A stretch of DNA of 64,000 nt from an uncultured Bacteroidales bacterium (GTDB lineage: Bacteria; Bacteroidota; Bacteroidia; Bacteroidales; ML635J-15): contig CAYRQZ010000002.1 in NCBI GenBank assembly GCA_964426585.1, forward strand, positions 18,530 to 82,529. Reading direction: 5' to 3'. Shown here in pieces: positions 27,347 through 36,681 of this stretch (positions within the stretch are counted from its first letter, which is position 1; each line of letters begins with the position of its first letter). Under the pieces are notes generated by a model, which saw only the letters and a program-made list of their open reading frames with translations, ran no database searches and had not been told where the DNA came from. Position numbers and translations under genes: made by a program.

Positions 27347-28744
27347 ATGAAAACCAAATACATTGACCTTATTGAACAATCATTTGAATTTCCAACCGAA
27401 GAGTTTGAGGTTGAAGATGGTGAATTATATTACCATGAAATTCCATTAATGGATCTAGTTAAGCAATATGGAACTCCGATGAAATTTACATATTTACCAA
27501 AAATTTCGGAAAATATAAAGAAGGCAAGAGTATGGTTTAATGTGGCTATTACAAAAGCCAATTACAATGGTAAATATGTTCAATGTTATTGCACAAAAAG
27601 TTCGCACTTTTCATTTGTTTTAGAAGAAGCACTTAAAAATGACATACATATTGAAACTAGTTCTAGCTTCGATATTGATATAGTTAGAGCTTTACATGAC
27701 TCTAATCAACTAGATAAGGAAAAGTTTATTGTATGTAACGGGTTTAAGATGCCAGCATATATCGAAAACATTGCTGAACTAATCAACCAAGGCTTTAACT
27801 CAGTGATTCCAGTTTTAGACAATTATTCAGAACTAGACCAGCTACTCGAACATGTTGATGGTGAACTTAATATCGGTATTAGAATAGCGTCAGAAGAAGA
27901 ACCTAAATTTGAATTTTACACTTCTCGGCTTGGCATCGGATACAAAAACATTGTTCAATATTATCATGATTTTATTGAAAATAATCCCAGAGTAAAACTA
28001 AAAATGCTTCATTTCTTTATAAATACTGGCATAAAAGATACCGCATATTATTGGAATGAGTTAAATAAGTGTATGAGCGTTTATTGCGAACTTAAAAAAG
28101 TATGTCCGGATTTAAAATACTTAAATATTGGTGGGGGTTTTCCTATTAAGAATAGCCTTACCTTCGAGTACGACTACGAGTATATGGCTGAAGAAATTGT
28201 ACATCAAATTAAAATGGCTTGCGACTCTAACAAAGTACCCGAGCCTGATATTTTTACAGAATTTGGTTCATTTACTGTTGGCGAAAGTGGAGGTGCAATT
28301 TATTCGGTTGTTTATCAAAAACAACAAAACGACAGAGAAAAATGGAATATGATTGACTCGTCATTTATAACAACACTACCCGACTCGTGGTCGATTAACA
28401 AACGTTTTATTATGCTACCCGTAAACAAATGGGAAGCTCAATACGAAAGAGTTTTTTTAGGCGGACTTACCTGCGATAGCGATGATTATTATAATTCTGA
28501 ACAACATATTAATGCTATTTATTTACCCGAGTACGATAACGAAACTCCTTTGCATATTGGCTTTTTCAACACAGGTGCATATCAGGAAGCTATCGGAGGA
28601 TTTGGTGGAATACAGCATTGCTTGATACCAGCACCGAAACATGTATTAATTAGCAAAGACGAAGACGGTAAAATTACTACAAGATTATATTCAAAAGAAC
28701 AATCTTATAAATCAATGCTAAAAACTCTTGGTTATACTTATTAA
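27347..28744 (+). CDS. PLP-dependent (alanine-racemase fold, group IV) decarboxylase, probable arginine decarboxylase
   Basis: 465 aa. Candidate PLP-lysine context YCTKSSHF and glycine-rich loop NIGGGFPI. Substrate is assigned from the agmatinase immediately downstream. Confidence 0.75.
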   Translation: MKTKYIDLIEQSFEFPTEEFEVEDGELYYHEIPLMDLVKQYGTPMKFTYLPKISENIKKARVWFNVAITKANYNGKYVQCYCTKSSHFSFVLEEALKNDIHIETSSSFDIDIVRALHDSNQLDKEKFIVCNGFKMPAYIENIAELINQGFNSVIPVLDNYSELDQLLEHVDGELNIGIRIASEEEPKFEFYTSRLGIGYKNIVQYYHDFIENNPRVKLKMLHFFINTGIKDTAYYWNELNKCMSVYCELKKVCPDLKYLNIGGGFPIKNSLTFEYDYEYMAEEIVHQIKMACDSNKVPEPDIFTEFGSFTVGESGGAIYSVVYQKQQNDREKWNMIDSSFITTLPDSWSINKRFIMLPVNKWEAQYERVFLGGLTCDSDDYYNSEQHINAIYLPEYDNETPLHIGFFNTGAYQEAIGGFGGIQHCLIPAPKHVLISKDEDGKITTRLYSKEQSYKSMLKTLGYTY

Positions 28745-28778
28745 GTTTTTTATTTTTGATACTTTTTAAATACTAGTT

Positions 28779-29630
28779 ATGGGCAAAAGAACTTATGCAG
28801 GTATACCCGAAGAATTTGCAAATTATGACGAAGCGAAAGTTGTAATTTTACCTGTTCCTTATGATGGCACATCTACCTGGGGTAAAGGTGCCGACAAAGG
28901 TCCTGAGGCTTTTTTAGAAGCTTCTGAAAATATGGAAATTTATGATCTAGAATCTGATACTGAAGTCCATAAACATGGAATTTGGCTAAGCGAGGAATTA
29001 ATTTGTGATGAAAATCCCGAAATTATGACCCAACAAATTAAAGAAAAAACTCTAAAATTCCTTTCCGATGGTAAATTATTTACAATGATTGGTGGTGAAC
29101 ACTCTATAAGTATTGGTGCAATTATGGCTTGTACCGAAAAATTTAATAATTTATCGGTTTTACAACTTGACGCTCATTCAGACCTAAGAGACGAATACAA
29201 CGGAACTGCTTTTAATCATGCTTGTGCAATGCACTGGGCGTCTAAAAATACTAATTTAGTGCAGGTCGGAATTAGAAGCATGGCTATTGAAGAAAAAGAA
29301 TTTATTAATAAAAATAAAATTTTCTATGCCGAAGATATTGCTAATAGAAACAATTGGCAACAAGAAGTTATTGATAAACTTAGCGAAAATGTTTATTTAA
29401 CTGTCGACTTAGATTATTTCGACCCTTCAATAGTACCGGCAACAGGAACGCCAGAGCCAGGTGGATTACTATGGTATCCGAGTTTAGATTTATTAAAAAA
29501 ACTTGCAAAGCAAAAGAACATTATTGGGTTTGACATTGTTGAACTATCTCCACATCCAGCGCATCCTGCCTCAAATTTTTTAGCAGCAAAATTATATTAT
29601 AAAATATTAACTTACATTTTACAAAAATAA
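28779..29630 (+). CDS. speB: Agmatinase (ureohydrolase family)
   Basis: 283 aa. Mn-binding signatures GGEHSIS, LDAHSDLR and TVDLDYFDPS. Confidence 0.85.
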   Translation: MGKRTYAGIPEEFANYDEAKVVILPVPYDGTSTWGKGADKGPEAFLEASENMEIYDLESDTEVHKHGIWLSEELICDENPEIMTQQIKEKTLKFLSDGKLFTMIGGEHSISIGAIMACTEKFNNLSVLQLDAHSDLRDEYNGTAFNHACAMHWASKNTNLVQVGIRSMAIEEKEFINKNKIFYAEDIANRNNWQQEVIDKLSENVYLTVDLDYFDPSIVPATGTPEPGGLLWYPSLDLLKKLAKQKNIIGFDIVELSPHPAHPASNFLAAKLYYKILTYILQK

Positions 29631-30607
29631 TGGAAGCAAAAGGAACAATTTCAAAATTTATTGAAGAAAACTTCAAACATTTTAATGCAGCTAGCTTAGT
29701 TGACGCCTCAAAAGGCTATGTAAAACACTTGAACGAAGGTGGAAAAATGATGATTACCATTGCTGGTGCTATGAGTACAGCCGAACTCGGCAAAACATTA
29801 GCAGAAATGATTCGTCAAGATAAAGTGCAAATAATTTCATGCACAGGTGCAAATCTCGAAGAAGATATTATGAATCTTGTGGCGCATACTCACTACAAAA
29901 GAGTGCCACATTATCGCGACCTCACACCACAAGAAGAATGGGATTTAATGCAAAACGGCTTAAACAGAGTTACTGATACTTGTATCCCGGAGGAAGAAGC
30001 TTTTAGAAGATTACAAAAAAATATTTTTAAACAATGGAAAGCAGCACAAGACAAAGGCGAAAGATATTTTCCTCACCAATATATGTACAAAATGTTGTTG
30101 AGTGGAGATCTGGAACAATATTACGAAATCGACACTAAAAACTCTTGGATGCTTGCAGCAGCCGAAAAAAACTTACCTATTATTGTACCAGGTTGGGAAG
30201 ATTCTACTATGGGAAATATTTTTACTTCATACTGTATTAAAGGAGAATTAAATCCCTCTACAATGAAAACTGGTATAGAATATATGATGTTCTTAACAGA
30301 GTGGTATCGCGAAAATTCGGGAGGAAAAGGAGTAGGTTTTTTCCAAATTGGCGGAGGAATTTCAGGAGACTTCCCAATTTGCGTAGTACCAATGATGTAC
30401 CAAGATTTAGAATGGGAAGATGTGCCTTTTTGGGCTTATTTCTGCCAAATTAGCGACTCTACAACTTCCTATGGCTCATATTCAGGAGCCGTCCCTAACG
30501 AAAAAATTACTTGGGGAAAACTCGATATTAATACACCAAAATTTATTATAGAATCTGACGCAACTATTGTGGCTCCTTTAATCTTTGCTTGGATACTAGG
30601 ATATTAA
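29630..30607 (+). CDS. Deoxyhypusine synthase-like protein (aminobutyl transferase; homospermidine-synthase candidate)
   Basis: 325 aa. DHS-family motifs IGGGISGDFP and the catalytic-lysine context KITWGK. The start overlaps the speB stop by 1 nt (TAATG). Confidence 0.85.
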   Translation: MEAKGTISKFIEENFKHFNAASLVDASKGYVKHLNEGGKMMITIAGAMSTAELGKTLAEMIRQDKVQIISCTGANLEEDIMNLVAHTHYKRVPHYRDLTPQEEWDLMQNGLNRVTDTCIPEEEAFRRLQKNIFKQWKAAQDKGERYFPHQYMYKMLLSGDLEQYYEIDTKNSWMLAAAEKNLPIIVPGWEDSTMGNIFTSYCIKGELNPSTMKTGIEYMMFLTEWYRENSGGKGVGFFQIGGGISGDFPICVVPMMYQDLEWEDVPFWAYFCQISDSTTSYGSYSGAVPNEKITWGKLDINTPKFIIESDATIVAPLIFAWILGY

Positions 30608-30658
30608 TCTTAAATATAATTTAAATTTAAGATTATAAAAACATAATCAAATTAAAAG

Positions 30659-30684
30659 TCCTACTTGATAAGTAGGATTTTTTT
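30659..30684 (+). terminator. Rho-independent terminator of the polyamine cluster
   Basis: TCCTACTT-GAT-AAGTAGGA followed by TTTTTTT. Confidence 0.8.
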
Positions 30685-30691
30685 ATCTTTG
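30684..30691 (+). promoter_or_regulatory. Candidate -7 box (TAtcTTTG)
   Basis: Exact TAnnTTTG match 17 nt upstream of the ATG at 30709. Confidence 0.4.
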
Positions 30692-30708
30692 TCCAAAATT
30701 AATTTATA

Positions 30709-32748
30709 ATGAATTTTATTAATCCGTCCTTTTTTTGGGCGATGTTTGCAATTACAATACCTATAATTATTCACCTAATTAATTTTAGGAGGCATAAAAT
30801 TTTATATTTTAGTAATACACGATTTTTAGAAAACATTAAAAAAGAAACAAAAACGCGAACAAAACTAAAACAAATTTTAATTTTAATTGCTCGAATATTC
30901 ACTATTGCAGCTTTAGTTTTCGCATTTGCTGGACCATTTATACCAATAAAAAAAGGATTAAACGAAAAACTAAACGAAATTAATGCAATTTACCTCGATA
31001 ATTCTTTCTCAATGGAAAATAAAGGGAAAAAAGGGGTTTTATTTGAACAAGCACAAAAATTTGCACAAGAAATAGCCTATAGCTCAACAAATTCTACAAA
31101 ATATTTACTAATTACAAATGACCTACTGCCCGAACATCAACATTTAACAGATAAAAATGAATTCATAATAAATATTAATAAAACTTCAATAAGCCCCTCT
31201 TCGCTATCTTTAAACGACGCTATTTTAAAAGCAAATAATATTATCCCTAAAAATCGAAACGCTAATTTATATATCATTTCTGATATGCAAAAACCATTTC
31301 TAGATAATATTAAAGCGAGTTTAAACGATAATATTTCTCTAATATTTGTACCAATCAGTGCTGAAAATTTTAATAATATTTATATTGATTCGGTTTGGTT
31401 CAAATCACCTGTACACAGATTAAATATGTCCGAAAAACTAGTAGCTCGAATTGTAAATAATTCAAAAGAAGCATTTTTCGAGCAATCACTTCAACTATTT
31501 ATTAATGATAGTCTTAAGGCTGTTGCAGGATTTAGCATAGAAGAAAACGAAATTAAAGAAATTGAAATTGAATATGTTAACACTCAACCAAACTATATTA
31601 ATGCAAAACTTGAAATTAGCGATTACCCTATTACTTATGATAATACCCTATTTTTTAATTATTACGTTAGTGAAAATACTAAAATTTTAATAATAAATAA
31701 TGAAAAAAATAACATTTGGATTAGTTCACTTTATGATTCTGATCCAGAAAATTTTAAATTATCACAAGTTAAAGCAGGAAACGAACAAAATGAAACTTTT
31801 AACAATTATGAGTTAATAGTTTTAAACTCATTTTCACAAATTTCATCAGGACTTACCGAAAACTTATTAGCTTACGTTAAAAAAGGTGGATCGGTATTGT
31901 TTATTCCAAGTAATGAAATTAATACAAGTTCGATTAATAAATTTTTAAAATTGTTTAATGTTGGAAATTTTGAAGAAAAAAAGTTTTTTAATATCAAAAT
32001 AAATTCAATTGAATACGCACACGACATTTTTAATAATGTTTTCTTAAATAAAGAAAAACAAAGCGACTTGCCAAATATCGGTGCGGCTTATAAGTTTACT
32101 CAATATTCTTCTTCAACCCTTGTTCCAATTATTAAACTTGAAAATAATGCTGGTTTACTTTTTGCGGGAAATTTTGAAGCAGGTAAAATTTATATTATTT
32201 CTGCTCCATTAACAGAAATAAATTCAGAATTTATGAAATCAGCTGTTTTTCTACCTGCATTTTACAATATGGCAATAAACTCGCAAATAAACAATCAATT
32301 ATATTCAATAATTAAAGCCGGTGCTAATGTTGAAATTAATAACGATACAGAAATTGTTAGCTCAGATATTTTTAAAATTTCAGATAGAGAAAATTTTGAG
32401 TTCATTGTGTCGCATAAATATTTTAATAATAGAATTATTATTGATATTCCCCAACAAATACTAAACTCAGGAACATATTCTCTTTTTAAATCTGAAGAGT
32501 TTATCGCTCCAATATCATTAAATTATAATAGAATAGAATCAGTTTTTGAATTTGCTGATAATAATGAGTTAGAAAAATTATTAGTTGATAAATTTAACAA
32601 CAAAGGAAAAGTTATTAATACTAATAAAGGCAATTTATCGGCAGAACTAAAGAAATTCTCAGAAGGAAAGCCACTTTGGCAATTATTTATTTTATTAGCC
32701 TTTATTTTTATTTGTTTTGAAGTTGTATTTGCTAGATTTCTTAAATGA
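30709..32748 (+). CDS. BatA-domain (N-terminal double-transmembrane) protein with vWA-like MIDAS motif
   Basis: 679 aa. N-terminus FFWAMFAITIPIIIHLINFRRHK is typical of the aerotolerance BatA N-terminal domain. It also has DNSFSM (DxSxS) and a C-terminal TM helix. Confidence 0.7.
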   Translation: MNFINPSFFWAMFAITIPIIIHLINFRRHKILYFSNTRFLENIKKETKTRTKLKQILILIARIFTIAALVFAFAGPFIPIKKGLNEKLNEINAIYLDNSFSMENKGKKGVLFEQAQKFAQEIAYSSTNSTKYLLITNDLLPEHQHLTDKNEFIININKTSISPSSLSLNDAILKANNIIPKNRNANLYIISDMQKPFLDNIKASLNDNISLIFVPISAENFNNIYIDSVWFKSPVHRLNMSEKLVARIVNNSKEAFFEQSLQLFINDSLKAVAGFSIEENEIKEIEIEYVNTQPNYINAKLEISDYPITYDNTLFFNYYVSENTKILIINNEKNNIWISSLYDSDPENFKLSQVKAGNEQNETFNNYELIVLNSFSQISSGLTENLLAYVKKGGSVLFIPSNEINTSSINKFLKLFNVGNFEEKKFFNIKINSIEYAHDIFNNVFLNKEKQSDLPNIGAAYKFTQYSSSTLVPIIKLENNAGLLFAGNFEAGKIYIISAPLTEINSEFMKSAVFLPAFYNMAINSQINNQLYSIIKAGANVEINNDTEIVSSDIFKISDRENFEFIVSHKYFNNRIIIDIPQQILNSGTYSLFKSEEFIAPISLNYNRIESVFEFADNNELEKLLVDKFNNKGKVINTNKGNLSAELKKFSEGKPLWQLFILLAFIFICFEVVFARFLK

Positions 32749-32821
32749 TTCATCATTTATTGTTATCATTTTTTTTCAAAAGTTTTCCGTCCTGTTAATT
32801 TTTAAATTTTAAAATAATTTT

Positions 32822-32829
32822 TATATTTG
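32822..32829 (+). promoter_or_regulatory. Candidate -7 box (TAtaTTTG) for the tRNA gene
   Basis: Exact TAnnTTTG match ending 19 nt before the tRNA 5' end. Confidence 0.45.
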
Positions 32830-32848
32830 CCAAGTTTTAAAATAACGG

Positions 32849-32920
32849 GGCCTCATAGTTCAACGGATAGAATAGCAGTTTCCTAAACTGTAGATCCAAG
32901 TTCGATTCTTGGTGGGGCTA
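32849..32920 (+). tRNA. tRNA-Arg (anticodon CCU)
   Basis: Cloverleaf folded by hand. Acceptor GGCCTCA/TGGGGCT (two G-U pairs), D arm GTTC/GAAT, anticodon arm GCAGT-TTCCTAA-ACTGT, 4-nt variable loop, T arm CCAAG-TTCGATT-CTTGG, discriminator A. No encoded CCA. Confidence 0.9.
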
Positions 32921-32927
32921 CAAGACT

Positions 32928-32970
32928 AAATGCTATAGTTTTATATTTTAAAGATTAGCATTTATTTTTT
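32928..32970 (+). terminator. Possible tRNA terminator (weak)
   Basis: AAATGCTA ... TAGCATTT 8-bp arms with a 20-nt loop, followed by ATTTTTT. The long loop makes this uncertain. Confidence 0.3.
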
Positions 32971-33000
32971 CTAAAAATTTTTCGTAAAAAATATAATTAT

Positions 33001-33031
33001 AAAAAAAAAGCTGTCTTTTCGACAGCTTTTT
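33001..33031. terminator. Bidirectional rho-independent terminator (end of the gldN operon)
   Basis: AAAAAAAAAGCTGTC-TTTTC-GACAGCTTTTT, located 15 nt downstream of the gldN stop. Confidence 0.75.
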
Positions 33032-33045
33032 AAGTATTCTAATTC

Positions 33046-33987
33046 TTAATATTCCCATTGGTCATGTTCCATTAAGAATATTTTCTCTTGGATTCTCTCG
33101 CCTTCTCTAATTGCATCAATACCAAGAAGGTAGTCAGAAATTAAACGATTATCATAGTTATTTGATTCGGCTACAATATAGCTTGTAAATTTTCTTTTAA
33201 AGAAGATATCATCAAAAGTTCTATGTTCGGCATCATTATGCGAGTTAAAAACTTCATAAGAAGCGAAAAGCGGTCTATAATCTGGGAAATAAATCCAGAA
33301 AGGCCAAACTCTAGCATAATTGTCGGAAGTTTGAACCCAACCGTCAGGGGCAATAGAAATGATTCTCACATCCATGATAGAACGCTGTTTGTCAAAAACC
33401 CATTCTTCCCATATCCACAATTGGTCCATCACTCTGGTATCAGAAATTCTAGCGTCAATAGTTTCTTGATAAGTTCCGCCATCGGGGTCTTCAACGAGAA
33501 TACTTTCTTTATACGCTAATAAATCTTCTCTTAAAGGGTCGTCTGCTTCAACAGGTATTCTCCACCAATTAGTAATATCACTAGGATTAAGTTTATAAAC
33601 AGGATACCTTTTACCATAAGTAGTATCAACAAGTTCTCCTGTTCTATGGTCGTATAGTTCACCTAAAACGCCAATATTATACATTAACCAAAGTAAATTT
33701 ACTCGACTTCTTTGAGGCTGGATAACAGTACCATCGGCACCAGCACCAGGATAAGTCATTCTTAGAATGGGGAAATATAATGGATGATTTTGTTTTTCCC
33801 TTAATTCAACGACTCTAAGAATTTTCTTTGAGTACATAACATCAGCTTCTCGAATGTTTTGATAAGGAACGAAAGTGCGTTCAACAACATGTTCTCTCAT
33901 ATAAGCACCGTCTAATACTTGGCTAAAAGAAGGAAAGCTAAGTATAATTAGGGCGAGAACTAGGAAAAACTTATTAATTATTTTCAT
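33046..33987 (-). CDS. gldN: Gliding motility / T9SS periplasmic ring protein GldN (PorN)
   Basis: 313 aa with signal peptide ...PSFS|Q. It is the last gene of the porP-K-L-M-N order, and its length and composition are typical of GldN. Confidence 0.88.
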   Translation of the reverse strand: MKIINKFFLVLALIILSFPSFSQVLDGAYMREHVVERTFVPYQNIREADVMYSKKILRVVELREKQNHPLYFPILRMTYPGAGADGTVIQPQRSRVNLLWLMYNIGVLGELYDHRTGELVDTTYGKRYPVYKLNPSDITNWWRIPVEADDPLREDLLAYKESILVEDPDGGTYQETIDARISDTRVMDQLWIWEEWVFDKQRSIMDVRIISIAPDGWVQTSDNYARVWPFWIYFPDYRPLFASYEVFNSHNDAEHRTFDDIFFKRKFTSYIVAESNNYDNRLISDYLLGIDAIREGERIQEKIFLMEHDQWEY

Positions 33988-34004
33988 AATTTTATAATTT
34001 ATAG

Positions 34005-35645
34005 TTATTGTAGTTTAACAGTAATACCATTAGTCTGTCTAACTCCTGAAGGCCCACTAACTTTGATATTTGTAAAGCTAGCAGCCGAACCATTACCTAA
34101 TTTATTCAACTCCGACATAATATTATTAGGAATATTAGAACCAGAAGCAGCTATTGTTTGAGTTACACCTCTAACAGAATATAAAAATTCATAAGAAACT
34201 AAGGTATAGGAAACTCCTTCAAATGGGAAAAAGTCAGAGTCTAGTCTAGCAGATAAAGTAGGTGTTCTAGAAATAGCAGCCTTTGGAACAGAAGCTCCGT
34301 CTTTATATGCACCTGCAATATAAATTGTTGGTGGAGGGACGTTCAAAACTGTAAAATTCTTAGAACCCAAATTACGTCCGCCCTCTTCTGTTCTAACAGA
34401 AACGCTAATGCTTACTTCTTTAGAAGTTACTGAGGTAGGGACTTTTACAATATATCCTGCTCCCGATCTAGAAATAGAAGCGCCACCGCTAATACTAACA
34501 CTAACTGCTTCTTGCGGATATCCAGACACAGCAACTTCAACAGGGTTATCTAATCCACGATAAAACACATTACATTTGCTAGCTGAAACAGTAAAGCCTG
34601 CATCGCCAACTTGATAAGTCGAAGCATAAGGTAACCACATTTCACCGCGATTAGAAACATAATGGACTAACCCACCGTAAGTGAAGTCGCCTACTCCACC
34701 GCAATCTCTTAAATGTAAACCTTTACCACTTTCATCAATAGCTAATGTATCGTAATTTGCTCCAGACCGTAATTTATATTGCATTTCACCATTAACAACA
34801 GTAGAGTCGTAAAATGGAGCATTATAAGTTAAATAAATTGTAGGACGCATAGTTGTGTCGCGAGCTCCCAAAAACACATTAGATTTATATTTCCCACCAC
34901 GAATAATAAAGCTACGTGGAGTACTTACTAATGCTTCAAGAGCGGTGATTCTAATATCTAAACCTTCTAATTTAGCTATCATAAATTCGAGAACGTCAGC
35001 CTCACCATTTCTAATATCTGCCTGAATTTTAGATAACATAGCTAATGTTCCTATCATTGGCATACCTCTACAGATAGTTTCTTGCCAAGTCCAAGGTTCA
35101 TCTGGGTTATCTTTCTGATCAACAGCAGATAAACTTTTTTCAATATTCTTATAAACAGTCAATGAAGTATCACTGATTATGCCTAATAAAGTTGTACGAT
35201 AATTATCTATCCAATTTCTTAAAGAGTCTCCCATCATCCTACCACCTTCGCCAACCATAACAATAGTTGCTGCATGTAAGTCATCTTTCTTCTTAATTTC
35301 ACCATCTAAGGTTGCATCAGGTCCTTGACTCTCCTGAATAATCATTAATTTTAATCTATCAATATCAGCAAAAAACTTATTGGACATAGACTCAATTTCG
35401 TGAGCTTGTTTAGCTAGTTCTGAATATTTTCCTGGTTGTTCTGCTACTTTGGCATCAATAACTCCATATAATGAACTTGTTTTAGCTGAGAAATTCAATG
35501 TAGTTTTTTTAATACTATCATCAATTTTGACAAATGCTGTAACAATTTCAGAAGATACGTTCAGAGCAAGTAAAGCTGTATAAAACAGATACATCATTCC
35601 AATCATTTTCTGCCTCGGGGTTTCCGGGCAATTTCCTCCTGCCAT
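34005..35645 (-). CDS. gldM: Gliding motility / T9SS motor-associated protein GldM (PorM)
   Basis: 546 aa. The N-terminus MAGGNCPETPRQKMIGMMYLFYTALLALNVS matches the conserved GldM start (MAGGK..PRQKMINLMYLV..AMLALNVS), with a single TM helix. Confidence 0.92.
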   Translation of the reverse strand: MAGGNCPETPRQKMIGMMYLFYTALLALNVSSEIVTAFVKIDDSIKKTTLNFSAKTSSLYGVIDAKVAEQPGKYSELAKQAHEIESMSNKFFADIDRLKLMIIQESQGPDATLDGEIKKKDDLHAATIVMVGEGGRMMGDSLRNWIDNYRTTLLGIISDTSLTVYKNIEKSLSAVDQKDNPDEPWTWQETICRGMPMIGTLAMLSKIQADIRNGEADVLEFMIAKLEGLDIRITALEALVSTPRSFIIRGGKYKSNVFLGARDTTMRPTIYLTYNAPFYDSTVVNGEMQYKLRSGANYDTLAIDESGKGLHLRDCGGVGDFTYGGLVHYVSNRGEMWLPYASTYQVGDAGFTVSASKCNVFYRGLDNPVEVAVSGYPQEAVSVSISGGASISRSGAGYIVKVPTSVTSKEVSISVSVRTEEGGRNLGSKNFTVLNVPPPTIYIAGAYKDGASVPKAAISRTPTLSARLDSDFFPFEGVSYTLVSYEFLYSVRGVTQTIAASGSNIPNNIMSELNKLGNGSAASFTNIKVSGPSGVRQTNGITVKLQ

Positions 35646-35687
35646 ATAATTAAATTTTTAAATTCAACAAAATAATAACAACCACTA

Positions 35688-36614
35688 TTAGTCTTGTTTA
35701 AAATTCATCGCAGACAGCATATTACCATAAATGGTATTCATTGCAGCCAGGTTATGGCTTAACTTGCTAATTTCTTCACGATATTTTCTAGTATCTTCTG
35801 CCGACTGTTTCATATTTGCAAGAATATCATCTAAGCCAGAGTACATTGCTTTAGAAGCTTCAATTTGTTGGTTTGTTCCTTGTAATTGAAGTTCATAAAC
35901 AGCATTAAGGGCTGTAAGATTTTTATTCATTATGCTTAATTGTTCATTATAAGTTTTACCGCCACCAGTTGACATTTCAAGTTCTTTATTCATATTTTCG
36001 ACTAAACGATTATAAGTTGAAGAAAGAGCTTCGCCAGAATTACTAACAACAGAGGCAGATTTTTCATAAGAAGAAGCTAATTTTTCGGCTTGTACATTTA
36101 ATTTTTCAGCCGAACTACCGTAAGCGTCAGCAAAACTAGAAACTTTTTCGGAAGCTTTTTCAAAATTAGCTACATAATTATTAGTAGCTACGGTAGCATC
36201 TGATACATCGTGAAGTTTTTCTGCTGTATTATTAAGATTTTTCAATCCATAACCTAACTTCTCGAATAATTCAGGAGTTATTTCAGCATTTTCAATCATT
36301 GCATCGAATTTTTCTAATGCAGATTTTTTTGAAGAAATAGCAGCTTTTTTGTCTAATACATTAAGATTGTCTTCAATTCCATCTAATTCTGGATAAACTA
36401 ACCCCCAGTCATATTCATGGTGTGGTGGTTCAAAAGCAGAAAGGAAAAAGATGAAAGCCTCAGTCAAAAGACCAACAGTTAACATCAAACCAGAACCAGG
36501 TAAGTGTTGGATTTTGAACAAGGCACCAACCATAACGATTGCAGCTCCCCAGCCGTAGATAAAACCCATAAACTTTTTCCACTTTTTGCTCGCGAATAAT
36601 TCACTAAAATTCAT
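35688..36614 (-). CDS. gldL: Gliding motility / T9SS motor protein GldL (PorL)
   Basis: 308 aa. Two N-terminal TM helices with GAAIVMVGALFKIQH and GLLTEAFIFFLSAFEP (conserved Glu), followed by a long coiled-coil tail. Confidence 0.92.
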   Translation of the reverse strand: MNFSELFASKKWKKFMGFIYGWGAAIVMVGALFKIQHLPGSGLMLTVGLLTEAFIFFLSAFEPPHHEYDWGLVYPELDGIEDNLNVLDKKAAISSKKSALEKFDAMIENAEITPELFEKLGYGLKNLNNTAEKLHDVSDATVATNNYVANFEKASEKVSSFADAYGSSAEKLNVQAEKLASSYEKSASVVSNSGEALSSTYNRLVENMNKELEMSTGGGKTYNEQLSIMNKNLTALNAVYELQLQGTNQQIEASKAMYSGLDDILANMKQSAEDTRKYREEISKLSHNLAAMNTIYGNMLSAMNFKQD

Positions 36615-36681
36615 AATTGTGTCAGTTTTTAATTAATACTCCGTTTAAAATAATAATATATCTATTTATAATAAATAACAT

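Noticed and set aside
32849-33045. tRNA-Arg as a possible integration site for a mobile element.
   Set aside because: There is no integrase, no duplicated copy of the tRNA 3' end downstream, and the flanking genes (BatA-like, gldN) are core-type.
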